49,722 nt of DNA. It comes from a bacterium CG2_30_37_16. GTDB taxonomy: Bacteria > Patescibacteriota > CPR2. The stretch spans positions 1 to 49,722 of the forward strand of contig MNYC01000030.1 in the NCBI GenBank assembly GCA_001872945.1, given 5' to 3'. Position numbers and translations under genes: made by a program. Shown here in pieces: positions 6,850 through 15,659 of this stretch. The notes beneath the pieces are model-generated. The model had not been told where the DNA came from, made no database searches, and saw only the letters and a list, made by a program, of their open reading frames with translations. Numbering within the stretch: position 1 is the stretch's first letter; each line of letters starts with the position of its first letter.

Positions 6850-8022
6850 ATGGGCGAAGACTTAAAAAAAGATAAACCCGACATCTCAAGTAAAAATAAA
6901 ACAAATGCAGAATCAATTAAGGCTTTACTTGCTGTATCCATTATTACGAGTTTACTTTTTGGGATGCTCGGAGGATATGTTTTCAGCAAAATAGAGGGCA
7001 ACGGTGGTATCTCCGGATTAACTGTGGGTAGCGTTTTGAAGAAGGACACTGTTTCCGTGACGGTTAATTCCGATGTTAGCGACATCGTTAAAAAAGTAAG
7101 TCAAAGTGTGGTTTCTATAACCGGCGAGCATCTAACCAATAATTTTTTTGGAACGTATAGCCAAAAGAGTTCGGGAACAGGATTTATAGTTAATGAAAAT
7201 GGCTTGGTTATGACAAATAAACATGTTACAGAAGGAGCAAGCGGCAATTTTATCGTATATACAAATGACGGTACCGAATATACGGCCAAAATAAAAGCAA
7301 CTGATCCCGTGTACGATATTGCTTTTTTAGAACTAAGTAATGCCAAAGGCTTAAAGGCAGTCGATTTGGGCGATTCTGACGTGCTGCAAGTAGGTGAACC
7401 GGTAGTGGCTATAGGTAATGCCCTCGGGCAATATCAAAACACTGTAACAGGCGGCATAATTTCCGGTGTCGGTAGAGCTTTGCCGGTAGGCGACAGTGGT
7501 GACGGTAACGTTTCTACATTAGACAATGTTTTACAAACTGACGCTGCCATTAATCCGGGCAATTCCGGCGGGCCACTCGTAAATAGAGCCGGCCAAGTTA
7601 TAGGGATTAATACCGCTATCGATCAAAGCGGTCAAAATATTGGTTTTGCAATTCCGATTAATGTAGGAAAATCTGCTTTAGCTAGCGTTGAAAAAAATGG
7701 TTATGTATCAAGACCGGTTCTGGGAATTTCATATGTTGGTCTTACAAAAGAGCTTGCCTCCAGAAATAAATTATCTGTGTCGGAAGGTGCCTTAATTTAT
7801 TCCGGCACCAATACGCCGTCCATAAAATCCGGTTCCGCTGCCGACAAAGCCGGCCTAAAAGATGGGGACATTATTACCAAAATAAATAATGATAAGATAG
7901 ATAGTAAGCACACTCTAACTCAATTGGTTCAGAAATATAACGTCGGAGATAGTACCATGCTAACTGTTATTCGGGACAATAAGGAAATTAAGGTTAACGT
8001 TAAACTTGGGGAAATTAAGTAA
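6850..8022 (+). CDS. htrA: HtrA/DegP-family serine protease (trypsin-like domain plus PDZ)
   Basis: GTGFIV..GLVMTNKHV (His), YDIAFLEL (Asp), TDAAINPGNSGGPL (Ser), C-terminal PDZ (GLKDGDIITKINN). SD AAGGAGGG lies upstream. Confidence 0.9.
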   Translation: MGEDLKKDKPDISSKNKTNAESIKALLAVSIITSLLFGMLGGYVFSKIEGNGGISGLTVGSVLKKDTVSVTVNSDVSDIVKKVSQSVVSITGEHLTNNFFGTYSQKSSGTGFIVNENGLVMTNKHVTEGASGNFIVYTNDGTEYTAKIKATDPVYDIAFLELSNAKGLKAVDLGDSDVLQVGEPVVAIGNALGQYQNTVTGGIISGVGRALPVGDSGDGNVSTLDNVLQTDAAINPGNSGGPLVNRAGQVIGINTAIDQSGQNIGFAIPINVGKSALASVEKNGYVSRPVLGISYVGLTKELASRNKLSVSEGALIYSGTNTPSIKSGSAADKAGLKDGDIITKINNDKIDSKHTLTQLVQKYNVGDSTMLTVIRDNKEIKVNVKLGEIK

Positions 8023-8025
8023 AAA

Positions 8026-9111
8026 TTACTGCTTCGATAAATTCTCTAGAGCGGCTTTCTGATCGGCTTTTGATAGGGCCGAAATAAGTTCATCAATGCT
8101 ACCGGCTAGTATGCTTTCTAAGCCATGCGTGGTGTAATTAATTCGATGATCCGTAACTCTGTCCTGCGGAAAGTTGTATGTCCTAATTTTTTCCGACCTG
8201 TCGCCGGAACCAATTTGACTTTTTCGCTGATCACCGCGCTTTTTGGCTGACTCTTCTTCTCTTAAGGCCATAAGACGAGTACGGAGAACAGACATTGCTT
8301 TATCGCGGTTTTTTATTTGAGAACGTTCGTCCTGACAAGTAACTACTAGCCCGGTTGGAACATGAGTAAGCCTCACGGCTGAATCGGTCGTATTTACGCC
8401 CTGGCCGCCATGGCCTCCGGCTCGATATACGTCAACTCTTATTTCGTTTGGATCAATTTTAATATCGATCTCACTTGCCTCAGGCAAAACAGCGACCGTT
8501 ACAGTTGAGGTGTGAATTCGTCCGCTTGACTCCGTTTTGGGAACCCTTTGCACTCTATGGACACCACTTTCATACTTTAAATACCGATAAGCATCTCGGC
8601 CTTTAATCTCAAATATAGCTTCTTTTAGTCCGCCAATTTCTGTCTCATTTAAACTTATAATCTCAGTTTTCCAATTCTTATTTTCGGCGTATTTTAAGTA
8701 CATTCTAAATAATTCAGCGGCAAAAAGAGCAGATTCCTCACCACCGGCGCCGCCGCGGATTTCTATGACGGCCGGCTTGTCATCATTTGGATCCTTGGGT
8801 AATAATTCTAATTCTATAGATTTATTCACTTCGACAATTCTATGTGTAGCTTCTCTAATTTCTTCTTCCGCCATTGCAATTAGCTCCGGATCATTTTCCT
8901 CTGTCATTAACTCTTCTAGGCTATCGATATTTTTTTTAAGCAAATCCAATGTTTCAAACTTGTCAATCAGCGATTTTAATTCGGATTGCCTTTTGGCCAA
9001 TTCCTGATAAACATCTATTTCACTTAAAATATCGGGGTCTGTTAGCTTAGATGTTATTTCATCATATTCTTTTTTAATTTGGTTAATTTTTTGTTCCATA
9101 ATTTTACTCAA
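8026..9111 (-). CDS. prfA: Peptide chain release factor 1
   Basis: RAGGHGGQGVNTTDSAVRLTHVPTG (GGQ) and VQRVPKTESSGRIHTS (RF1-type PxT codon-recognition loop, here PKT). Confidence 0.95.
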   Translation of the reverse strand: MSKIMEQKINQIKKEYDEITSKLTDPDILSEIDVYQELAKRQSELKSLIDKFETLDLLKKNIDSLEELMTEENDPELIAMAEEEIREATHRIVEVNKSIELELLPKDPNDDKPAVIEIRGGAGGEESALFAAELFRMYLKYAENKNWKTEIISLNETEIGGLKEAIFEIKGRDAYRYLKYESGVHRVQRVPKTESSGRIHTSTVTVAVLPEASEIDIKIDPNEIRVDVYRAGGHGGQGVNTTDSAVRLTHVPTGLVVTCQDERSQIKNRDKAMSVLRTRLMALREEESAKKRGDQRKSQIGSGDRSEKIRTYNFPQDRVTDHRINYTTHGLESILAGSIDELISALSKADQKAALENLSKQ

Positions 9112-9152
9112 AAAATAAATAAGCGCTTTTGCCGCGCCTATTTTTTAATTAC

Positions 9153-9440
9153 TTATTTAGAGTCTGCTTCTTCTTTGCTTTTAGCTGCTGCCCTTTCCAT
9201 TTTTTTGACTTTTTTGGAGTCTAACTGATCTCTCGATTCTTTAGCGGCCGTAACCCTTGCCCTAAATTTATCAACCCTACCGGCAGTATCAATCAGTTTT
9301 TGTCTACCGGTAAAGAAAGGGTGACAGGCTGAGCATAATTCTACTTTAATACTGGAAATGCTAGATTTAGTTTCCCATTTGTTGCCGCAGGCGCATTCAA
9401 CAATAGATTTTTCATAATTTGGATGTATTTCTTTTTTCAT
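9153..9440 (-). CDS. rpmE: 50S ribosomal protein L31 (Zn-ribbon type) with a Lys/Ala-rich C-terminal tail
   Basis: MKKEIHPNY..., CxC...[16 protein letters not shown]. Confidence 0.93.
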   Translation of the reverse strand: MKKEIHPNYEKSIVECACGNKWETKSSISSIKVELCSACHPFFTGRQKLIDTAGRVDKFRARVTAAKESRDQLDSKKVKKMERAAAKSKEEADSK

Positions 9441-9498
9441 AGCCTATAAATATTACCATTTTAAAGAGCAATTATCAAGTACTTTCTTTTAAAAAGAA

Positions 9499-9527
9499 TT
9501 GAATACCCGCAATAAATATGTTATTAT
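9499..9527 (+). promoter_or_regulatory. Putative promoter of the rpsB-tsf-frr operon
   Basis: TTGAAT (9499-9504), 17-nt spacer, TATTAT (9522-9527). This leaves a leader of roughly 90 nt containing the hairpin CCCAT-ttat-ATGGG (9573-9586). Confidence 0.5.
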
Positions 9528-9622
9528 ATTTCTTGAATTAATTAATATCACACATATAGTTTATTCGTTCCTCCCATTTATATGGGCCAAAACTTACTAT
9601 ATGGCGGAAGAAAGGAATTAAA

Positions 9623-10327
9623 ATGGTAGAAACATCATTAAAGGATATGCTTGAGGCTGGAGTTCATTTTGGTCACCAGGCATTTAGATGGAACCCAAAG
9701 ATGTCGCCTTACATCTTCATAGAAAGAAATGGGGTCCATATTTTTGATTTAACGAAAACTAAAGCAGACCTTGACATTGCATTAAAAACTGCAGAGAAGT
9801 TTGCAAGCGAAGGCAAAATTATTTTGTTTGTAGGTACAAAAAAACAAGCAAAGTCAATTGTTGAAGAAACGGCAAATAATTGCAATATGCCCTACATAAA
9901 TGATAGATGGCTAGGCGGACTGATAACCAACTTTCAAACTATTTCAAAAAGAATAAGCAAGCTAAAGGACCTAGAGCAGCAAAAAATTAATGGCAAATTT
10001 AACGAATTATCTAAAAAAGATGCGGCAGCAGAAGAAAAAGAACTACAAAAATTATCGGGTTACCTTGGCGGAATAAAGGATTTAAAAAAAGTTCCGGATG
10101 CAATATTTGTTATTGACACCCACAGAGAAGACCTAGCTATTAAAGAAGCAAAAAAATTAGGATTAGCAATCTTTGGCATCGTTGATACAAATGCAGATCC
10201 GGATCCAATTGATTATCCAATACCGGGAAACGACGATGCAGTAAAATCTATTCGGTACCTTGCTCAAGTGTTTTCTGCGGCAGTTAAAGAAGGTTCTGCA
10301 GCCGTCCAAAAAGAAAAAGTGTCTTAA
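9623..10327 (+). CDS. rpsB: 30S ribosomal protein S2
   Basis: LEAGVHFGHQAFRWNPKM..., ILFVGTKKQA, NDRWLGGLITNF, FVIDTHRE..AIKEAKKLG. Confidence 0.96.
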   Translation: MVETSLKDMLEAGVHFGHQAFRWNPKMSPYIFIERNGVHIFDLTKTKADLDIALKTAEKFASEGKIILFVGTKKQAKSIVEETANNCNMPYINDRWLGGLITNFQTISKRISKLKDLEQQKINGKFNELSKKDAAAEEKELQKLSGYLGGIKDLKKVPDAIFVIDTHREDLAIKEAKKLGLAIFGIVDTNADPDPIDYPIPGNDDAVKSIRYLAQVFSAAVKEGSAAVQKEKVS

Positions 10328-10347
10328 AAATCTAACCAGGAGTTTAT

Positions 10348-10938
10348 ATGACTATAAGCGCAAAAGATGTTCAAAAATTAAGAATGCTAACCGATACTCC
10401 AATGATGGATGCAAAAAAAGCTTTGGAAGAAGCGAATGGAGATTTTGAAAAAGCAAAAGATATTTTAAGGAAAAAAGGCCAAGCTAAGGCTGCAAAAAAA
10501 GCTGTAAGAGAAACTAGGGAAGGCCTTATTAGCTGTTATATCCATAATGGTAAAATTGGAGTCTTAATTGAGGTAAATTCAGAGACCGATTTTGTTGCTC
10601 GTAATGAAAAATTTAAAGATTTTGTTCATAATGTTGCTATGCATATTGCTGCAGCTTCCCCCGCATATTTGACAAGGGAAGATGTGCCGAAAGATGTTCT
10701 TCTAAAAGAAAAGGGAATATTCAATGAACAACTTAAAAGTCAAAATAAACCGGCTGAAATTTTGGAAAAAATTGTTGCCGGAAAGATCGAAAAATTTTAC
10801 TCAGAAAACGTTCTGTTAGATCAGTCGTATATTAAAGATGATTCTAAAACCGTTAAGGATTTAACCACGGAAATAATTGCAATTCTCGGAGAGAACGTTC
10901 AAATTCGAAGATTTACCAGATATCAAATAGGCGATTAG
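10348..10938 (+). CDS. tsf: Elongation factor Ts (short form)
   Basis: VQKLRMLTDTPMMDAKKALEEANGDFEKA (UBA-like N-terminus), IGVLIEVNSETDFVARNEKF, and its position after rpsB. Confidence 0.95.
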   Translation: MTISAKDVQKLRMLTDTPMMDAKKALEEANGDFEKAKDILRKKGQAKAAKKAVRETREGLISCYIHNGKIGVLIEVNSETDFVARNEKFKDFVHNVAMHIAAASPAYLTREDVPKDVLLKEKGIFNEQLKSQNKPAEILEKIVAGKIEKFYSENVLLDQSYIKDDSKTVKDLTTEIIAILGENVQIRRFTRYQIGD

Positions 10939-10946
10939 GAGGGCAA

Positions 10947-11501
10947 ATGGAAGAACAAATAAAAATATTCGATAGCTCGCTTGCTAAAGCTACAGAATAC
11001 TTAGAAAACGAGCTTAGAGGTCTTAGAACCGGCAGAGCAAATGCTGGGCTAGTTGACGATATTGAAGTTGACGCCTACGGCAACATGATGAAGATAAAAG
11101 GTGTCGCCAGTATCTCTGTGCCTGACGCAAAATCAATTGTAATCTCGCCATGGGATAGAAATCTTACTTCGGATATCGAAAAATCAATTCGTGCATCGGA
11201 TCTCAATTTAAACCCTACTAACATGGGCGACCACTTACGTATTAGTATTTCACCGCTAACAGAAGAGAGAAGAAAAGAGCTAACCAAGGTTGTAAAAGAA
11301 AAGGGTGAGGAAGCTAAAGTTTCCCTAAGGAACTTAAGACACGAACTTGTCGATAAGATCAAAAAATCGAAGAATGACGGAACTATAACCGAAGATGATG
11401 CCTACAAAGCAGATGATAAGGTTAATAAAATCGTTTCCAAATATAATGACTTAATTGACAAAATAGTTTCTTTAAAACAGCAAGAAATGATGGAAGTTTA
11501 A
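10947..11501 (+). CDS. frr: Ribosome recycling factor
   Basis: LRTGRANAGLVDDIEVDAYG, PWDRNL, NLNPTNMGDHLRISISPLTEERRKEL, VSLRNLRH. Confidence 0.95.
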   Translation: MEEQIKIFDSSLAKATEYLENELRGLRTGRANAGLVDDIEVDAYGNMMKIKGVASISVPDAKSIVISPWDRNLTSDIEKSIRASDLNLNPTNMGDHLRISISPLTEERRKELTKVVKEKGEEAKVSLRNLRHELVDKIKKSKNDGTITEDDAYKADDKVNKIVSKYNDLIDKIVSLKQQEMMEV

Positions 11502-11514
11502 TTAGGAGCTACCT

Positions 11515-12192
11515 GTGCAAAAAAAACCGGATCATGTTGCCATTATTATGGACGGCAACCGTAGATGGGCCAACAAAAACAATGTTCCAATAAAAAGAGG
11601 TCATGAGGCGGGATACTATGCATTAAAGGAAATCGTTAAAGTTGCACCCTCTTTGGAAATAAAAATTCTAACGGTTTACGCTTTTTCAACCGAAAATTGG
11701 TTAAGACCAAAAAATCAGGTCTTAGATATTATGTCACTTATGACTACCTACATAGAGCAAGTGATAGAAGAACTGAACGCTAACGACGTTTGTTTTAAGG
11801 TGGTAGGCGACCTAGCCGCCTTTCCAAAGAACATAGCAAAAAAATTACGAACAGGAATTGATTTAACAGCCGGTAACAAAAAAATGATTCTTAATGTCGC
11901 CTTAAATTATGGTGGAAGAGATGAAATAGTTAGATCTGTAAATAAAATTTTGGCAAAAGGAGAAAAAGTTGATATTCTATCATTAGATAGCAATTTAGAC
12001 ACCGGCGGTCAAAAAGATCCGGATTTAATTATTAGAACCGGCGGCGCAAACAGGCTAAGTAATTTTCTACTATGGCAAGCGGCTTACTCGGAGTTTTTGT
12101 TTACAGATGTCTTGTGGCCGGATTTCAAACCGTCAAATCTTGAAAAAATATTGAGAGAATTCGCCGAGAGAGAAAGGAGATTTGGAAAGTGA
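11515..12192 (+). CDS. uppS: Undecaprenyl (di-trans,poly-cis) diphosphate synthase
   Basis: HVAIIMDGNRRWA, TVYAFSTENWLRP, IRTGGANRLSNFLLWQAAYSEF. GTG start with AGGAG 6 nt upstream. Confidence 0.93.
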   Translation: MQKKPDHVAIIMDGNRRWANKNNVPIKRGHEAGYYALKEIVKVAPSLEIKILTVYAFSTENWLRPKNQVLDIMSLMTTYIEQVIEELNANDVCFKVVGDLAAFPKNIAKKLRTGIDLTAGNKKMILNVALNYGGRDEIVRSVNKILAKGEKVDILSLDSNLDTGGQKDPDLIIRTGGANRLSNFLLWQAAYSEFLFTDVLWPDFKPSNLEKILREFAERERRFGK

Positions 12193-13274
12193 ATACTACC
12201 GAAAAGTTTACCGAGGAACTTAAAGCAATTAATGCAAAAATTAAAGAATATATTTCATCGCAAAGTTTTATGTCAAAATTTAAACCGGAAGACATAAGAG
12301 ATGGAGTTTATTTATACCTGCTTAGGAGCGCCAAATCACTCCGGCCCGGCATTTTGTCTTTCAGCTGCGGCGCAGTTGGCGGCAATCCGGATAGCGTACT
12401 GCCTGCAGCAGCTGCCGTTGAGGTTTTTCACAACTGGACCTTGGTTCATGACGACATAATTGATAATGACAGCCTAAGAAGGGGCGGCGATACGGTGCAT
12501 GTTCATTTTCAGAAATTAGCTCAAGGGCGCGGCTACAGTAAAGCGGATGCCGAAGAATACGGCCGCAACTTGGCAATTTTAGTTGGGGATATCCAGCACT
12601 CTTTTGCAATTTCTCTTTTTACCAAGCTATATTCCGAGCACGAATTTGAACCGGCTTTAATTATAAAGCTTATCGATATGATGGAACTTGAAATGAACAT
12701 AGAGCTGGTTGAAGGCGAAACTATTGATGTCCAATTGTCAAAGAAACCAATCTTAGACATTACGGAAGACGATATTATTAGCATGTCTGCCGGCAAAACC
12801 GGCGCTCTTTATTCCTTTTCGGCAAAAGCCGGCGCAATGTTAGGGCTTGAGACTATAGACGAAAATAATCCGCAAATTAAATCGCTATCTAAGTTTGCTT
12901 ATAACTGCGGTGTCGCTTTTCAGCTACAAGATGATATTCTTGGAATAACCGGAAGCGAAGAAAAAATTGGTAAGCCTTACGGATCCGACATTAAAGAGGG
13001 GAAAAGGACAACAATTGTTTGGTTTGCTTACAATAACGCCACGGCAGCTCAAAAAAAGACTATTCTTGGCAACCTCGGTAAAAGAAGTCTTGAAAGGTCT
13101 GAGATAGATAAAATGGTCAGACTCTTAACTGATCTTGGCGGAATAAAGCATACATTCGAGCTCGCTAAAAAGCATATTGACTTAGCTCTCTTGGAATTGA
13201 ATAATATAGCAGATAGCATTTATAAAGATTTATTAAAATCTTGGGCTGACTTTATGATTAAAAGGAGTTTCTAG
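12189..13274 (+). CDS. trans-Polyprenyl diphosphate synthase (FPP/GGPP synthase family)
   Basis: First Asp-rich motif LVHDDIIDND and second FQLQDDILG, plus GKTGALY and KEGKRT. GTG start overlaps the uppS stop (GTGA). Confidence 0.85.
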   Translation: MNTTEKFTEELKAINAKIKEYISSQSFMSKFKPEDIRDGVYLYLLRSAKSLRPGILSFSCGAVGGNPDSVLPAAAAVEVFHNWTLVHDDIIDNDSLRRGGDTVHVHFQKLAQGRGYSKADAEEYGRNLAILVGDIQHSFAISLFTKLYSEHEFEPALIIKLIDMMELEMNIELVEGETIDVQLSKKPILDITEDDIISMSAGKTGALYSFSAKAGAMLGLETIDENNPQIKSLSKFAYNCGVAFQLQDDILGITGSEEKIGKPYGSDIKEGKRTTIVWFAYNNATAAQKKTILGNLGKRSLERSEIDKMVRLLTDLGGIKHTFELAKKHIDLALLELNNIADSIYKDLLKSWADFMIKRSF

Positions 13275-14377
13275 TGAGCGTATATTTGTATAATTTTGTT
13301 AACATTTTAAGTTTTGTTTTTGTTTTCGGCCTAATCGTATTTGTTCACGAATTTGGCCATTTTTTTATGGCGAGGCGGGCCGGCTGCCGTATTGAGGAAT
13401 TTGGTTTTGGATTTGGACCAAAGTTATTTAGCAGGAAAAAGGGCGAAACTGAATATGCCATTAAACTATTTCCTATTGGCGGTTATGTCAAAATCTACGG
13501 AGAAGAAGGTGATGGTAATGCAAAAGACCCCAAAAATTTTGCCTCAAAAACGCCATTGCAAAAATTTTCGGTTCTAATTGCCGGCGTTACGATGAACTTA
13601 ATTTTGGCAATTATAATCCTAACTGGCATCTTTATTGTTGGTTTTAAACCGTTAATTCCTCAAACCTACAGGTTACCGGGCATCATCGACAACCAGAAAG
13701 TATTAATTCAGGACGCCGAAAAAGATTCTCCGGCCGAAAAGGCAGGAATTAAAGGAGGTTGGGAGGTAGTGTCCATTAACGAGAAAAAAGCTGGAAATTC
13801 TCTTGTTTTTGCCGAAATAGTAAATGAAAAAAAGGATCAGAATTTAGATATTATTCTAAAAAAAGACAGCCAGACCAAGGAATTTAATATTAAACCCATT
13901 AAAGATGATAAGATATACAAAATTGGTGTTTATTTAGAAGACAGCGGGACTATCAGAGCGCCTTTCTACTTAGCGCCAATTGACGCCGTAGTTTGGTGCT
14001 TCGATCTTGCCAAGCTAACGATAGTCGGTTTTTATCAATTTTTACATCAATTATTTACCAGTTTTAGTGTTTCCGAAAACGTAACCGGGCCGGTCGGCAT
14101 TTATAAGGCTACCGGCGCAATTGCTTATATGGGCTTCGACTATTTGATGCAGTTCACGGCTATAATCAGTTTGACCTTGGCTATTATGAATTTGCTTCCT
14201 ATTCCGGCCTTGGATGGCGGACACATTTTTATTTTGGGTTTGGAAAAGATTACCAATAAAAAGTTTGACGAAAAAGCTAAAAACACGGCGGCCTTGGTTG
14301 GATTTTCACTTTTAATTTTACTTATGGTCGTTATTACATGGAAAGATTTATTACGTTTTGATATTATTAAGTGGTAA
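13274..14377 (+). CDS. rseP: RIP site-2 metalloprotease RseP (M50 family, with PDZ)
   Basis: HEFGHFFMARR (HExxH in TM1), PDZ (SPAEKAGIKGGWEVVSIN), NLLPIPALDGGH motif. Confidence 0.88.
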   Translation: MSVYLYNFVNILSFVFVFGLIVFVHEFGHFFMARRAGCRIEEFGFGFGPKLFSRKKGETEYAIKLFPIGGYVKIYGEEGDGNAKDPKNFASKTPLQKFSVLIAGVTMNLILAIIILTGIFIVGFKPLIPQTYRLPGIIDNQKVLIQDAEKDSPAEKAGIKGGWEVVSINEKKAGNSLVFAEIVNEKKDQNLDIILKKDSQTKEFNIKPIKDDKIYKIGVYLEDSGTIRAPFYLAPIDAVVWCFDLAKLTIVGFYQFLHQLFTSFSVSENVTGPVGIYKATGAIAYMGFDYLMQFTAIISLTLAIMNLLPIPALDGGHIFILGLEKITNKKFDEKAKNTAALVGFSLLILLMVVITWKDLLRFDIIKW

Positions 14378-14379
14378 TT

Positions 14380-15615
14380 ATGAAACAAAGTATTTTATTT
14401 TCAAAAACCAGAAAAGAAGTTTCAGCAGAATCCGAAAGTATTAATCATCAACTTTTGGTTAGGGGCGGCTTTGTGAACCAGCTTATGTCCGGCGTTTACA
14501 CCTATTTGCCTATGGGTTTTAAGGTTCTTAAAAAAATAGAAAATATTGTCAGAGAAGAAATGGAAGAAATTGGCGGGCAGGAAATTTTAATGCCGGCACT
14601 TCAGCCCAAAGAAAATTGGGAAATTACCGGACGCTGGGATACAATGGATGATCTGTTCAAATTCACCAGCTTTTATTCAAAAACCGATTTGGCAATTGGT
14701 CCTACTCATGAGGAAGTAATTACTCCCCTTGCAAAGCACCAAATATTTTCTTATAAGGACTTGCCAAAATATATCTTTCAGATTCAAACAAAATTCAGAG
14801 ATGAAGAAAGAGCCAAATCCGGACTTTTAAGAGGCAGGGAATTTCTAATGAAAGACCTTTATTCTTTTAATACTAGCGAAAAAGAATTGGATGATTATTA
14901 TGACGGCATGATTAAGGTTTACAATAAGATTTACAAACAGATTGGGATTGCCGACAAAACCTATCTTACCTTTGCTCCCGGTGGAACTTTCTCCAAGTAT
15001 TCTCACGAGTTTCAAACCGAAACGCCCGCCGGTGAAGACATCATCTACTTATGCAAAAAATGTAAGGTAGCAATCAACAAAGAAATTATAGATGAACAAA
15101 AAGTTTGTCCGGAATGCGAAAGTAGCGATTTAAAAGAAATAAAATCAATTGAAGTCGGAAATATCTTTAAACTTAAAACAAAATTTAGCCAGTCTTTCAA
15201 TTTGACTTATACCGATAAAAACGGAAAAAGTCATTTAATACAGATGGGTTGCTATGGACTCGGTATCAGCCGCCTTATGGGGACTATCGTCGAAGTTTGT
15301 CATGACGAAAGAGGTATAATTTGGCCCAAGGAAGTTGCGCCGTTTGATATCCACCTAATTTCTATTTCGGAAGATGAAAAAAGTAATAAAATTTATGAAA
15401 TTTTAAAAAAAGAAGGTTTTGATGTACTCTTTGATGACAGAGAGGAATCTGCTGGCAGTAAGTTTAAAGACGCAGATCTAATAGGCATTCCAACAAGAAT
15501 AGTGATAAGCAGTAAACTCGCAAAAGATAAAAAAGTTGAGATAAAGAAACGATCAGAATCTGATCCAGAAATAATTAATGAAGAAGATTTGATAAAGTAT
15601 CTAAAACGCTCGTAA
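14380..15615 (+). CDS. proS: Prolyl-tRNA synthetase, bacterial-type core without the INS editing domain
   Basis: INHQLLVRGGFVNQLMSGVYTYLPMG, FRDEERAKSGLLRGREF (motif 2), GCYGLGISRLMG (motif 3), and a C-terminal anticodon-binding domain. ATG 14380 is preferred over in-frame GTG 14371 by N-terminal length. Confidence 0.9.
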   Translation: MKQSILFSKTRKEVSAESESINHQLLVRGGFVNQLMSGVYTYLPMGFKVLKKIENIVREEMEEIGGQEILMPALQPKENWEITGRWDTMDDLFKFTSFYSKTDLAIGPTHEEVITPLAKHQIFSYKDLPKYIFQIQTKFRDEERAKSGLLRGREFLMKDLYSFNTSEKELDDYYDGMIKVYNKIYKQIGIADKTYLTFAPGGTFSKYSHEFQTETPAGEDIIYLCKKCKVAINKEIIDEQKVCPECESSDLKEIKSIEVGNIFKLKTKFSQSFNLTYTDKNGKSHLIQMGCYGLGISRLMGTIVEVCHDERGIIWPKEVAPFDIHLISISEDEKSNKIYEILKKEGFDVLFDDREESAGSKFKDADLIGIPTRIVISSKLAKDKKVEIKKRSESDPEIINEEDLIKYLKRS

Positions 15616-15659
15616 TCATATTGTGAGTTGCAAAAAATCGTGCTAAACTTTTAATACTT

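Noticed and set aside
8533-8541. The RF1 codon-recognition tripeptide is PKT rather than the common PAT/PVT.
   Set aside because: The defining pattern is PxT with a variable middle residue. As far as I recall, PKT occurs in functional RF1-type factors (for example a mitochondrial one). All ORFs in the window read through cleanly with the standard code, so there is no sign of stop-codon reassignment.
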